A DNA stretch of 64,000 nt from an uncultured delta proteobacterium (GTDB taxonomy: Bacteria > Myxococcota > Myxococcia > Myxococcales > Myxococcaceae): assembly GCA_963796055.1 (NCBI GenBank), contig CAWCKH010000004.1:3424001-3488000 (forward strand), read 5' to 3'. Positions 29,250 to 38,718 of the stretch are shown in pieces. The notes beneath the pieces are model-generated. The model saw only the letters and a program-made list of their open reading frames with translations. It did no database searches and was not told where the DNA came from. Position numbers and translations under genes: made by a program. Positions within the stretch are counted from its first letter, which is position 1; each line of letters opens with the position of its first letter.

Positions 29250-31445
29250 TCATCCCACGGCTCGCCCGCCGCCGCCTCGCTCCGGCCCGGTCCCGCTGGA
29301 GGCCGCCAGGAGTAGCCTGGGCTCGAACAGGGCCCGGATCCGTTCGAGCCGCCGCACGCCCTCGGGGGAGAGCGCGTCCTCCGCGCCCAGCATGCGCTGC
29401 ACGATGTCCAGCCCATGGCGCCGCTCTTCGGGGTCGGCAGGCAGCAGCGTAGGGAGGCTCTCCAGCGCGCGCTCCTCGTCGAGCCGGACCAGGAAGAACT
29501 GCTCCTTCAGGAGCTGCTTCAGCTCGGTCAGCGACCGGCGTTCCTCCGCCGGGGCCTCGGCCCGGAGCGAGGTCAACATCGCGAAGCCGCGCTCGTCGAT
29601 CCTTCCCTCGGGGAGGCGGATGTACACCATGGCCCTCGCCAGCGCCTCGAGGAAGCCGCCGCTCTCGTAGCGCGTCCGGAGCTCCGATCGGCTCCGCTCC
29701 TGGGCAATCTCGCGGGAAAGATCGCGCTCCGCGTGCCGGCGCTCGCTCGCTCCGGGGCTGAAACCGGCCAGGGCCTGGACGGCGGGGAGCCCGTAGACAG
29801 TGAGGAAGGTCGCCTCCTGAAGCCTGCCCCGCATGGCGCCCCAGCCATCGAGCGCCGAGGCGATCCACGAGGACGCGGCCCGTTCCACCGAGAGCAGGGG
29901 ATTGTCCGCCGAGACCTTCTGCCGGCGGGTGCGCACCGAATCCGCCAGCATCTTCACCGGCCGGAGGAGAGGGTTCCGGTCGGAGAGGAGCGAGAACCGC
30001 AGCCGGTTGGGGTGGAGCTGCTGGACGGCCTTGGCCACCGGTTCCGGAAAGAGGCTGCGCACCACGGGCGCGGCGAAGGTGCGGTAGAGGCTCTTGTTGA
30101 CCTCGGAGACCCTGGCCACCGTCGCGAAGCGGCGCTCATCCTCCGGAGGGTTCACTCCCAGCTTGCGGATGTCCTCGAGCGTGCGGACCTCCAGCCGGAG
30201 GAGGTACTTGTCGTTCTTGACACCCGCGTCGCTTCCGGACGCTTCCTCGGTGATCACCGCCTCGTAGAGCCCCGGCGGCATGAGGTCGATCATCTCCATG
30301 CACTGGGCGAACTCGGTGTGCTCCTTGTTGGCAACCTTCCCGGAGACGAAGATGCCGAGGTGTCCGATCGAGTCGTGCATCGTGTAGACGATGGTTTGAC
30401 CGGCGGCGACGATCTCGCTCTCGTGATCGTAGAGGTCGGTGATCCAGCCGAGCGCCTGCTGGGGCGGAGTGATGTCGTCGCCCCACGAGCAGAAGACGAT
30501 GATCGGTGAGGTGACGTTCCGCAGGTCGATCCTCGTCCCATCCGACGCCCGGAGCTGGCCGGTCGACAGCTTGTTGCCGATGAAGAGCTCGTCGGCGATC
30601 CACTGCATCTCCTCGGCGTTCATCAGGACCGGGGTGCCCCACCAGGTCTCGAACTCGAGGTACCGCTGCGCCTCCTCGTCGATCTTCGAATAGAGGTTGT
30701 AGAGCTTCTTCCAGTAGGTGTTCCCCGGGTTCATCGATTCGAAGTTGGCGATCAGGTTCGCGCCGTCGAAGCGGCCCGCTCCCATGTCGCCCGCCAGCGC
30801 GGTGAGCCACGTGCCACCGAGCAGGCCCCCGAGGTAGCGCAGCGGATTCGTGCCGCGCACCCCCCCCCAGTACGACAGCGGCGAGCCGACGAGCAGGATG
30901 GGCCCGGTGAGCTCGGGTCGGAGCGCGGCCGTCATCATCATCTGCCAGCCGGCCTGGCAGTTGGCGATCACCACCGGCTTGCCGTCCGCCTCGGGGTGAC
31001 GGGCGATGACCTCCTCCAGAAAGCGCGCCTCCGTCCGGCAGACGTCCTCCACCGTCTGACCGGGCACGGGCTCGCGGAGGAACCCGATGAAGTAGCAGGC
31101 GTGACCGGCGGCGAACGCCGCGCCGATCTCGCTGTCGTGCTTCATCCCTCCGATGCCCGGGCCATGGCCGGCCCGCGGGTCCACCACGATGAAGGGCGGC
31201 CGGGTGGGATCAATCCGCGTTCCGGGCGGCGGGATGATCCGGACGAGCTGGTAGTTGGTCGGCCGGGGAAGGGTTTTGCCGTCGAGAAGGTGCTCGAACT
31301 CGAATTCGAGCACATGCGGGGCAACCTTGGTGCTCTCCTCGAGCGAGCGGTTACCGCGCTGGCGGAGGGTGTCGAGCAGCAGCACCCAGCGCTGGGCGGC
31401 ATCCACCAGGTACTCCTGAACGGGATTTCGGATGGCATTGATCAT
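29250..31445 (-). CDS. DUF3141 domain protein (PHA-associated alpha/beta hydrolase fold)
   Basis: VDPRAGHGPGIGG, NCQAGW, GDDITPPQQALGWI, GHLGIFVS motifs. Confidence 0.92.
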   Translation of the reverse strand: MINAIRNPVQEYLVDAAQRWVLLLDTLRQRGNRSLEESTKVAPHVLEFEFEHLLDGKTLPRPTNYQLVRIIPPPGTRIDPTRPPFIVVDPRAGHGPGIGGMKHDSEIGAAFAAGHACYFIGFLREPVPGQTVEDVCRTEARFLEEVIARHPEADGKPVVIANCQAGWQMMMTAALRPELTGPILLVGSPLSYWGGVRGTNPLRYLGGLLGGTWLTALAGDMGAGRFDGANLIANFESMNPGNTYWKKLYNLYSKIDEEAQRYLEFETWWGTPVLMNAEEMQWIADELFIGNKLSTGQLRASDGTRIDLRNVTSPIIVFCSWGDDITPPQQALGWITDLYDHESEIVAAGQTIVYTMHDSIGHLGIFVSGKVANKEHTEFAQCMEMIDLMPPGLYEAVITEEASGSDAGVKNDKYLLRLEVRTLEDIRKLGVNPPEDERRFATVARVSEVNKSLYRTFAAPVVRSLFPEPVAKAVQQLHPNRLRFSLLSDRNPLLRPVKMLADSVRTRRQKVSADNPLLSVERAASSWIASALDGWGAMRGRLQEATFLTVYGLPAVQALAGFSPGASERRHAERDLSREIAQERSRSELRTRYESGGFLEALARAMVYIRLPEGRIDERGFAMLTSLRAEAPAEERRSLTELKQLLKEQFFLVRLDEERALESLPTLLPADPEERRHGLDIVQRMLGAEDALSPEGVRRLERIRALFEPRLLLAASSGTGPERGGGGRAVG
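29319..29365. repeat. 47-bp direct repeat, copy 2 (inside the DUF3141 3' end)
   Basis: Matches 24747-24793. Confidence 0.9.
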
Positions 31446-31557
31446 GGTTCTACGGTTCGTCGCACCAGACCCGCCATCCGTTGCACGCGGACGCTCCCGC
31501 GCTCGGCGGGAAACGGATCTGCCGTGGCGAGCGACTCACCTTGCGGAACCCTCGCCG

Positions 31558-32946
31558 ATGGCCCGAAACCAACCACTCCCTTCCTCCGAGTCCTGGGTGA
31601 AGCAGGCGGAGCTGCTCCTCGAGCTCCTTCCCCTCGACACCGCCTACGCCGATCTCTATCTCGAGCGGGCGCGCCAGCTCGCCGCAGCCGTGCTCTCCCC
31701 GGTGGACTACCGGGCCTTGAAGCTGGCGGACGAGGCCGCTCACTCCTTACCCGGGCAAATCCAGCAGGCCATCGACGACCGGAAGTGGAGCGAGGTTCGC
31801 GCGCTCGCCGAGGAGCTGGAGGCGAAGAAGCGGCTGCTGGACGACCGCGGCTTCTTGAGGAGCCTCGGCGAGAAGCTACACGAGACGGATGAGATCCACG
31901 TCGACCCGTTCTCGCCGGGGTTCCACTGGTTCCAGCGGCGGGAGCAGCGGGAGCTCGGACCACTGCGGGACGCCACCGCCGCCAAGTTCGGCCAGGCGGC
32001 CCGCCTCGACCCGGACTGGCGGCGGCTCTACCAGGAGCGGGAAGAGGCCCTCAAATCGGTGCGGCTCGGCGAGAGCTCGGTGCCGAGGACGAGCCTGGAC
32101 CTGGAGCAGCAGGCGAGGGACGCGCTTGCCTCGGGGAGCTTCTCCGCCCTGCAGAAGATCGCCGAACGGATCGAGGCCACCGGAGCCAGCCCGACGGCAG
32201 CGAGCTCCGACCAGACGGTCCCCGAGCTCGACCCCACGCCGCTCACCGGCACCTTCGATTCGGAGACGCTGCGGAAGGCGCGCGCCCTCGGGCTCGAGGC
32301 CGAGCATCTGGACAACGTTCGCGAGCGATTCCGGTTCCTCCTTCCCTACCTCTGGCGGCCGGTGTTCTTCGAGAGCAACTCGGGCCCGGAGGCCCGCGTG
32401 AGGGCGATGCTCCCCGGGGATACGCCGGATGCGCTGCGCGACCGGATCGTGATGCTCGTCACGCGCCCGATCCTGACCTCCGGGGGCGCGCGCTTCGTCC
32501 CTCCGCTGGTGGAGGAGGACCTGCTGGTCGAGACCTTCGAGGAGGGGCCGGCAGGTGCGCCGGTGGGGAAGAACGGCCTCGCCGAGGCGCTCGGTCTAGA
32601 GTCCCGCTGGGGTCTCGCCCGCCGCGCGATCGAGCGCCTCCTCCAGACCCGGGGCCCAAGCATCGTGAAGTCGCTGGGACTCGATCCCTGGAAGTTCCGG
32701 CTGGTCTCCGTCCCGCCGGACCTCTTCGGCGTTCTCGGCGAGCGCCGCGGCTGGGGAAGGAATGAGATCTGGACGCACCTGGACGGTTACCTGGCCACAC
32801 GCGAGCGGAAGCTGCTCGCGCTCGCCGGTGGCGACGTCCGGTACGGGGGCGTGCAGGACCTGGTTGGCGTCGGCGTGGGCTACGACAGCGACAGGCTCCT
32901 CGCCAGGTTCGCCATCGTCGATCGGCGACGGCTGCGGGCCTGGTGA
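31558..32946 (+). CDS. Hypothetical protein
   Basis: Long ORF with strong codon bias; start uncertain. Confidence 0.8.
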   Translation: MARNQPLPSSESWVKQAELLLELLPLDTAYADLYLERARQLAAAVLSPVDYRALKLADEAAHSLPGQIQQAIDDRKWSEVRALAEELEAKKRLLDDRGFLRSLGEKLHETDEIHVDPFSPGFHWFQRREQRELGPLRDATAAKFGQAARLDPDWRRLYQEREEALKSVRLGESSVPRTSLDLEQQARDALASGSFSALQKIAERIEATGASPTAASSDQTVPELDPTPLTGTFDSETLRKARALGLEAEHLDNVRERFRFLLPYLWRPVFFESNSGPEARVRAMLPGDTPDALRDRIVMLVTRPILTSGGARFVPPLVEEDLLVETFEEGPAGAPVGKNGLAEALGLESRWGLARRAIERLLQTRGPSIVKSLGLDPWKFRLVSVPPDLFGVLGERRGWGRNEIWTHLDGYLATRERKLLALAGGDVRYGGVQDLVGVGVGYDSDRLLARFAIVDRRRLRAW

Positions 32947-32998
32947 GCGGCGACCCGCGCCGAGCCGGAGCGTTTCTTCGAGTGGAGGAAGCAGCACC

Positions 32999-33940
32999 AT
33001 GGAGACGCAGCACCAGAAGTACCTTGAGCTGATCAACCGGGCGAAGGCGGTCCGGCCCACCGTGACCGCCGTCGCTCATCCCTGCGACGAGTCCTCGCTG
33101 CAGGCCGCGGTCGAGGCCGCACGCCTGGGCCTCATCGAGCCGATCCTCATCGGCCCCGCATCCCGGCTCCGGGAGGTCGCCGGGCGGGCCAACCTCGACC
33201 TGTCGCCCTTCCGGCAAGTCGACTCGGCGTTCAGCCACGACTCCGCGGCCAGGGCGGTCGGGCTGGTGCGGAGCGGGCAGGCGGAGGTTCTGATGAAGGG
33301 GAGCCTCCACACCGACGAGTTGATGGCGGAGGTCGTCAAGCGCGACACCGGACTTCGGACGGCGCGCCGGACCAGCCATTGCTTCATCATGGACGTCCCC
33401 GGTCACGCCGAGCCGCTCATCATCACCGACGCCGCGGTGAACATCGCGCCCACGCTCAAGGAGAAGGTGGACATCGTCCAGAACGCGATCGACCTTGTGC
33501 GGGACCTCGGTGTACCGGAGGTGCGGGTGGCGATCCTCTCCGCCATGGAGACCGTCAATCCGGACGTGCCGTCGACGCTGGAGGCCGCGGCGCTGTGCAA
33601 GATGGCGGACCGCGGGCAGATCACCGGAGCGTTGGTGGACGGCCCACTGGCGCTGGACAACGCCATCGATCTGGAGGCGGCGAGGATCAAGCACATCAGC
33701 TCGCCGGTGGCGGGACGCGCGAACGTGCTCGTCGTTCCCGACCTCGAGGCGGGCAACATGCTCGCCAAGAGCCTGACCTTTCTCGCCGGGGCGGACGCGG
33801 CGGGCATCGTCGTCGGGGCCAAGGCGCCAATCATCCTGACCAGCCGGGCCGACTCGCGCGTCGCGCGGCTCGCCTCCTGCGCCGTGGCGAGCCTGCTGGC
33901 CGAGGCAAGGCGGACCAGTACGCGGCGGGCGGTGGGCTGA
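32999..33940 (+). CDS. pta: Phosphate acetyl/butyryltransferase
   Basis: LMKGSLHTD, DGPLALDNAI, PDLEAGNMLAK, PIILTSRADS; GGAGG RBS. Confidence 0.93.
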   Translation: METQHQKYLELINRAKAVRPTVTAVAHPCDESSLQAAVEAARLGLIEPILIGPASRLREVAGRANLDLSPFRQVDSAFSHDSAARAVGLVRSGQAEVLMKGSLHTDELMAEVVKRDTGLRTARRTSHCFIMDVPGHAEPLIITDAAVNIAPTLKEKVDIVQNAIDLVRDLGVPEVRVAILSAMETVNPDVPSTLEAAALCKMADRGQITGALVDGPLALDNAIDLEAARIKHISSPVAGRANVLVVPDLEAGNMLAKSLTFLAGADAAGIVVGAKAPIILTSRADSRVARLASCAVASLLAEARRTSTRRAVG

Positions 33941-33943
33941 GCC

Positions 33944-35125
33944 ATGTCGGATGCCATCCTGGTCCTCAACGCCGGCTCGTCGAGCGTGAAGTTTTCCCTG
34001 TTCCTCCTGCGTGGGAAGGAGCTGGACCTCTGGCTCCATGGCCAGACGGAGCGCCTGTCCACGACGCCTGTCTTCACCGCCAAGGACGCGGAGGGGAAGA
34101 TCGTCTCCGAGCGGCGGTGGGACAATGCAGAGTCCCTCGGGCACGAGGGCGCGATCGCCCATCTGGTGGATTTCCTGCGCAGGAGCATGGGCTCGCACCG
34201 GCTCGTCGGCATTGGCCACCGGGTGGTGCACGGCGGGCCTGACTTCTCCGAGCCGGTTCGGATCACCCCCGAGGTGCTGGGGAGGCTAGAGGCATTCGTT
34301 CCCCTCGCACCTCTGCATCAGCCACACAACCTCGCCCCGGCGCGACGCGCCCTGGAGGAGATGCCCACCCTTCCGCAGGTGGCCTGCTTCGACACGGCGT
34401 TCCACCGCGCTCAGCCCGAGCTGGCCCAGGCCTATGCGCTGCCCGAGCAGGTGACCGCCCGCGGCGTGCGCCGTTACGGATTTCACGGTCTCTCCCTGGA
34501 ATTCGTGGCCGGGGTTTTGCCCACCGTCGATCGGAAGGCTGCGGCGGGACGGGTGGTGGTCGCGCATCTCGGGAACGGCGCCAGCATGTGCGCGCTCAGC
34601 GGGGGTCGGAGCGTCGCGAGCACCATGGGTTTCAGCGCACTGGATGGGCTTCCCATGGGGACGCGATCCGGGTCCATCGACCCTGGAGTGGTGCTCTACC
34701 TCCTCAACGAGCTGCGGATGGACCCCCGGTCCATCGAGAAGCTGCTCTATGAGCAGTCGGGGCTGCTCGGCGTCTCGGGGACCTCCAGCGACATGCGCTC
34801 GCTGCTCGCCAGTGATGCGCCTCGCGCTCGGTTCGCGGTGGAGCTGTTCGCGTACCGCGTCGGTCGGGAGCTCGGCTCCCTCGCGGCGGCTCTCGGAGGC
34901 CTGGACGCGCTGGTCTTCACCGGTGGCATCGGCGAGCATGCGAGCCCCGTCCGCGAGCGGGTGATCCAGGCCGCGGCTTGGCTCGGCCTCGAGCTCGACC
35001 CCGCCGCCAACGCCCGGGGCGGTCAGAGGATCACCGGCGCGACCAGCCGGATTCCGGCCTATGTGATCCCCACGAACGAGGAGCTCATGATCGCCAGGCA
35101 CACGAGGAAGCTGATCGCCGGCTGA
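33944..35125 (+). CDS. ackA: Acetate/propionate kinase
   Basis: LNAGSSS, GHRVVHGG, FDTAFH, HLGNGAS, FTGGIGE, TNEELMIA. Confidence 0.96.
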   Translation: MSDAILVLNAGSSSVKFSLFLLRGKELDLWLHGQTERLSTTPVFTAKDAEGKIVSERRWDNAESLGHEGAIAHLVDFLRRSMGSHRLVGIGHRVVHGGPDFSEPVRITPEVLGRLEAFVPLAPLHQPHNLAPARRALEEMPTLPQVACFDTAFHRAQPELAQAYALPEQVTARGVRRYGFHGLSLEFVAGVLPTVDRKAAAGRVVVAHLGNGASMCALSGGRSVASTMGFSALDGLPMGTRSGSIDPGVVLYLLNELRMDPRSIEKLLYEQSGLLGVSGTSSDMRSLLASDAPRARFAVELFAYRVGRELGSLAAALGGLDALVFTGGIGEHASPVRERVIQAAAWLGLELDPAANARGGQRITGATSRIPAYVIPTNEELMIARHTRKLIAG

Positions 35126-35428
35126 GATCCAGGCCTGCGGCCCGGGTCGGGACCGTAGGGCGAGCCCGGAGCTGAGGCCGCGCCTTTCAGAAGCGTCCGG
35201 CGACCATCAGTCCGACCGATGTTCCGGAGACGTTCGGGCTCAGTGCCGGGTCCTGGGATCCGCGTGAGCCGAGCAAGGTGGAGCGCGGGAACCGCGTAGC
35301 CCACCAGCCCTCCGATGGCCGCGCCCGCCAGGACGTCGGTGGCTCAGTGGCGGTCCGCGGCGATGCGCAGCGCTCCGGTGATGGTCGCCGCGACGACCGT
35401 GACCGGACAGGCCGCGGCGCTCCACCCA

Positions 35429-35932
35429 CTAGGCAGCCAGCTCGCTTGGGCCTGCGAGCACGAAACAGGCCCGGTCGTAGAGAGCACGAGCCACGGAAAG
35501 CGTCTCTGGCCTCGCGCCGTCCCCGGAGATGGCGCGCACGCAGCCGTCCACGTCACCGTCATCGCTGAAGCGGTGGAGGTGGTGAGCGTTCCAGAACCAG
35601 GCCGTGACCTCGGTGTTGTGGGGCAGCACCAGATCAGGATTGCGGACCAGGTCCAGGTCGAGCGCCTCGCCCGCCTTCCGGTACGCCCGCCTTCCGGTGA
35701 GCTGGATCCAGCCCCGGCCGAAGTAGGGCGCGCTGGGGCTGAGCCGGCCGTCCTTCTCCTCCAGGAGACGGAAACCGCGGGAGGAGGTCGCGAGCTGGGA
35801 CACCAGCATTGCGGCGCGGAGATGGGTCACGGTGCCGGTCCGGGCGAGGATCGAGTTCAGGGTGAGGACTGCGCTGGCGGGCGCTTCCGGGGCGATGGTC
35901 TTCAGCTGGCCTGGCGTGAGCGAAATGGGCAT
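35429..35932 (-). CDS. GH19 chitinase/lysozyme-like protein lacking the catalytic HE motif (copy 1)
   Basis: YFGRGWIQLTGR, DLVRNPDLV, AWFW; QLATSS where GH19 enzymes have QxxHES. Confidence 0.8.
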   Translation of the reverse strand: MPISLTPGQLKTIAPEAPASAVLTLNSILARTGTVTHLRAAMLVSQLATSSRGFRLLEEKDGRLSPSAPYFGRGWIQLTGRRAYRKAGEALDLDLVRNPDLVLPHNTEVTAWFWNAHHLHRFSDDGDVDGCVRAISGDGARPETLSVARALYDRACFVLAGPSELAA

Positions 35933-36554
35933 GACGGCGACATCCTTCTCTCTGTTCCTTGAGGTGTCCCGACCGGGGCAAGGCGTTTCCTTCGGCGTGG
36001 GGGCTGCTGGGGTGGAGTGGGGTGCTCCGGTCCGACCGCTCCCGCCATGACCAGGCTTGGCTCGGGCCTGGGAGATTGGCGGGCTCGAGCGACTCCGGCC
36101 CTTTCGGCGGCTCCGCGCACGGTCAGCGACTCGTGGAGAGCGCTGACCTCGGAACCTCGCCGGGTCGAGCCGCCCGGTCCCCGGTCGCCGTCCGGCTCTG
36201 CACGACGTAGTCACGGACGAGGAGCGCTCCCGCAGCCAGGTACCCGAGGGTGAGGAGCAGGACCCAGCGCCCCCAGCGGCGGTGGGGGACGGGGCGGAGA
36301 ACGGCGACGGGGCAAAGCATTCGGTGGGACCTCCAGGACGAGAGGCCCGCACCCAGCACATCCGCGGGCCCTCTCCTTCGTGTCAGCCGGGTGTGCGACC
36401 GTTTCCACCGCTATCCGGAGTGGTAGCCCGGGCTGAAGTTGGTCGAGGATCCGACCGCGGCGACTCGGACGTGCTTGCCTCCCGGGCCCCGACGTAGCGC
36501 TGGAGCATGGTGATCGATGGGTATCTGCGGCGCGCCCGTTGTTTCGGGCGTAGG

Positions 36555-36969
36555 TCAGTGGGCGACCGGCTGCCGGAGGTAAGTCAGCGTGAACTCGACC
36601 GGCCTGGGCAGTCTCGGGCTCCTGCTCACCCGGGTGACCCGCAGCGTGTTCCCGTCCGCCAGCAGCCTGAACTCCGTCGAACCGCTCCCGTCGGCGGTTC
36701 GACCGCGCTGGAGGAGCGCACCGGCCACGAACTGCTGTGGCCCGGTCCACCGCGAGCTTGACCGCAGCGCGTTCCGTCTTGCTCCCGGCATAGACGTAAG
36801 TCCCGGCGTACTCCGGCTCCACGAGACTGGCGGACGGGGGCGAGGCCGGCCTCACGGCCACGGCGGCCAGCTGCGTCCGCTCCCGTTCGCTCTCCGCGCG
36901 GCTCGGAGCTTCGTTTCCGAGGGCCCGCGTGCCGAGAGAAACCATCACCCACAGCACTGCCTTGCGCAT
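36555..36969 (-). pseudogene. Secreted hypothetical protein, frameshifted or internally deleted
   Basis: MRKAVLW...YAGTYVYAG...AVDRAT in one frame; QQFVAGALLQ...SPRLPRPVEFTLTYLR in another; junction near 36738. Confidence 0.6.
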
Positions 36970-37059
36970 CTCCAGAATCTCCGTCGGACCAGGGCCCTCG
37001 TTCACCCGGGCCCCGCCCTTGTTTCGGACTCGCGGGACGTCCCCGCGTTCGGAGTGTTG

Positions 37060-37075
37060 AGCATCGGGTGTGCCA
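37060..37075 (-). promoter_or_regulatory. Putative sigma54 promoter
   Basis: Minus strand TGGCACACCCGATGCT (GG-N10-GC), about 90 nt upstream of the ATG at 36969. Confidence 0.55.
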
Positions 37076-37205
37076 GGCTCCGGGCGTCCCCCCTCTCCGG
37101 AGCGACCTGGCGAGGCGACGTGTCGTCACCTCGTGACGGTGTCAATGGACGGGTGTCACCAGCCCCGAGCTCGCGGCGGGCTGAGGTTCCGCTGTACGGA
37201 CAACA

Positions 37206-37515
37206 CGGTGTCGACACAGAGGGGCTGTGTCTGGAGCGTGGTGACGAGCCTGGGAGTGGGGGAGCGGAGTGCAAGTCACGGAGACGGCCCACCCCAACCC
37301 GGGAGGGCTCGACAGCCACTTTCGGGGGTCAGTGCTGGCTGATCACTTCCAGGAACGTCGTCCGCTTACCGATCGCCAGCACCCAGAGGCACCGCACGAG
37401 ACAGCGGGCGCCGAACTCCCGGTAGATGATTCCGAGGTTCTGCACCACGTCACGTCCGGTGATGATTCCGCGCATCGCGAGGATCCCACCTAGCAATGCG
37501 GAGGCCAAGGTCAGG
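37206..37515. repeat. Duplicated segment, copy 1 (copy 2 at 45447-45705)
   Basis: Near-identical sequence including the gacacag/ctgtgtc hairpin and a small ORF; copy 1 has an extra ~50 bp. Confidence 0.92.
37329..37475 (-). CDS. 48-aa microprotein (copy 1)
   Basis: MRGIITGRDVVQNLGIIYREFGARCLVRCLWVLAIGKRTTFLEVISQH; AGGTGG SD; differs from copy 2 only at 3 synonymous sites. Confidence 0.8.
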   Translation of the reverse strand: MRGIITGRDVVQNLGIIYREFGARCLVRCLWVLAIGKRTTFLEVISQH

Positions 37516-38629
37516 GCGCGGCGCGGGCAGTCGCTTCGGGAGCGGGCCTCGGAGACGGTTCGGGCTCGAAGAGCGGTGGCAAGACCGAGGCGTTGGCCGA
37601 GAGGCGGTTGCGTCGCGCGGCCAGGAGCTCTCGGACGAAGATCTGCGCCACCGCGACCGCCGGCACCGCCACGACTGCGCCGGCCACGCCCAGCAGCTCG
37701 GCGAGGAAGAGAACCGCGAGCAGCGTCACCAGTGGATTGAGGTGCACCGTGCGGCGAACGACGAAGGGGCCGAGCACGTTCCCTTCCAGCTGGCCGTAGA
37801 GGAGGAAGTAGCCCAGGGCGATCAGCGCCTTGACTGCTCCGCCGGTGGCCAGCGTGACAAGGGTGATGAATGCTCCGGTGAAGATGGGCCCGGCGTAGGG
37901 CACGAGGCTGGAGAAGCCGCTCAGCAGCCCGAGCGGCAGGAAGTACGGGGCGCCGATCAGCCCCAGCAGCGCCGTGGTGACAGTCGCGTTGATCGAGCAG
38001 ATGAAGAGGATCCCGCCGAAATAGCCACTGACGGCGGTGTACGACTTCGCCAGCACGTCCTCCCAGCGCGGCCGGTCCACTGCCGGTACCACCTCCAGCA
38101 GCCGCCGCACCAGTCCACCGCCGAAGACCAGCATGAAGACGGTCAGGGCGAGCACGGTGACGAACCCGGCGACGGCGCCCAGTGCCGAAGTGACCGCGCC
38201 CAGAATGGGATTCCCCGCGCTCTGGGCGCGCCCGAAGGCGCCGGAGAACCCGTCCTTGAGGCGCTCCTCCACCCCGAAGCGCTCGTTCCAGGATGCGAAC
38301 CAGGGCGAATGGCGCAGGGAGTCGAGGGTGCGAGGGGTGGCAACGATGAGCTCTTGGAGCTGACGGACGGCCGCAGGCACGACGACCAGCATCAGCCCGA
38401 TGGTCAACAGGGCCACCGCCAGAATGGTGAGGGCGATGGCCGAGCCGCGTCTGAACCCGCGCATCTCCATGCGCCGCACCACGTGGTCCAGCGCGATGGC
38501 TCCCATCATCGCCGCCACGGTCAAGGCGAGGGCCACCCGGGTCTCGAGGACGAACCGCACCGCCCCCGCGGTGGCCACCACCGCGAAGCAGGCGGTGAAC
38601 GCCGTCCTGAGTGTCACTTGCGAGCGCAC
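37511..38629 (-). CDS. AI-2E family transporter
   Basis: SLVPYAGP, QLEGNVLGP, LNPLVTLLAVL...GVAGAVVAVP. Confidence 0.92.
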   Translation of the reverse strand: MRSQVTLRTAFTACFAVVATAGAVRFVLETRVALALTVAAMMGAIALDHVVRRMEMRGFRRGSAIALTILAVALLTIGLMLVVVPAAVRQLQELIVATPRTLDSLRHSPWFASWNERFGVEERLKDGFSGAFGRAQSAGNPILGAVTSALGAVAGFVTVLALTVFMLVFGGGLVRRLLEVVPAVDRPRWEDVLAKSYTAVSGYFGGILFICSINATVTTALLGLIGAPYFLPLGLLSGFSSLVPYAGPIFTGAFITLVTLATGGAVKALIALGYFLLYGQLEGNVLGPFVVRRTVHLNPLVTLLAVLFLAELLGVAGAVVAVPAVAVAQIFVRELLAARRNRLSANASVLPPLFEPEPSPRPAPEATARAAP

Positions 38630-38718
38630 GGCGTCAACCTTGCTCCGCCCAGGTGTCGGCGTGGAGCGAGAAGCCCTCGATGAGGGCAGTCCGGCGGCCC
38701 GGCCGGCGAGCGTAGGCC

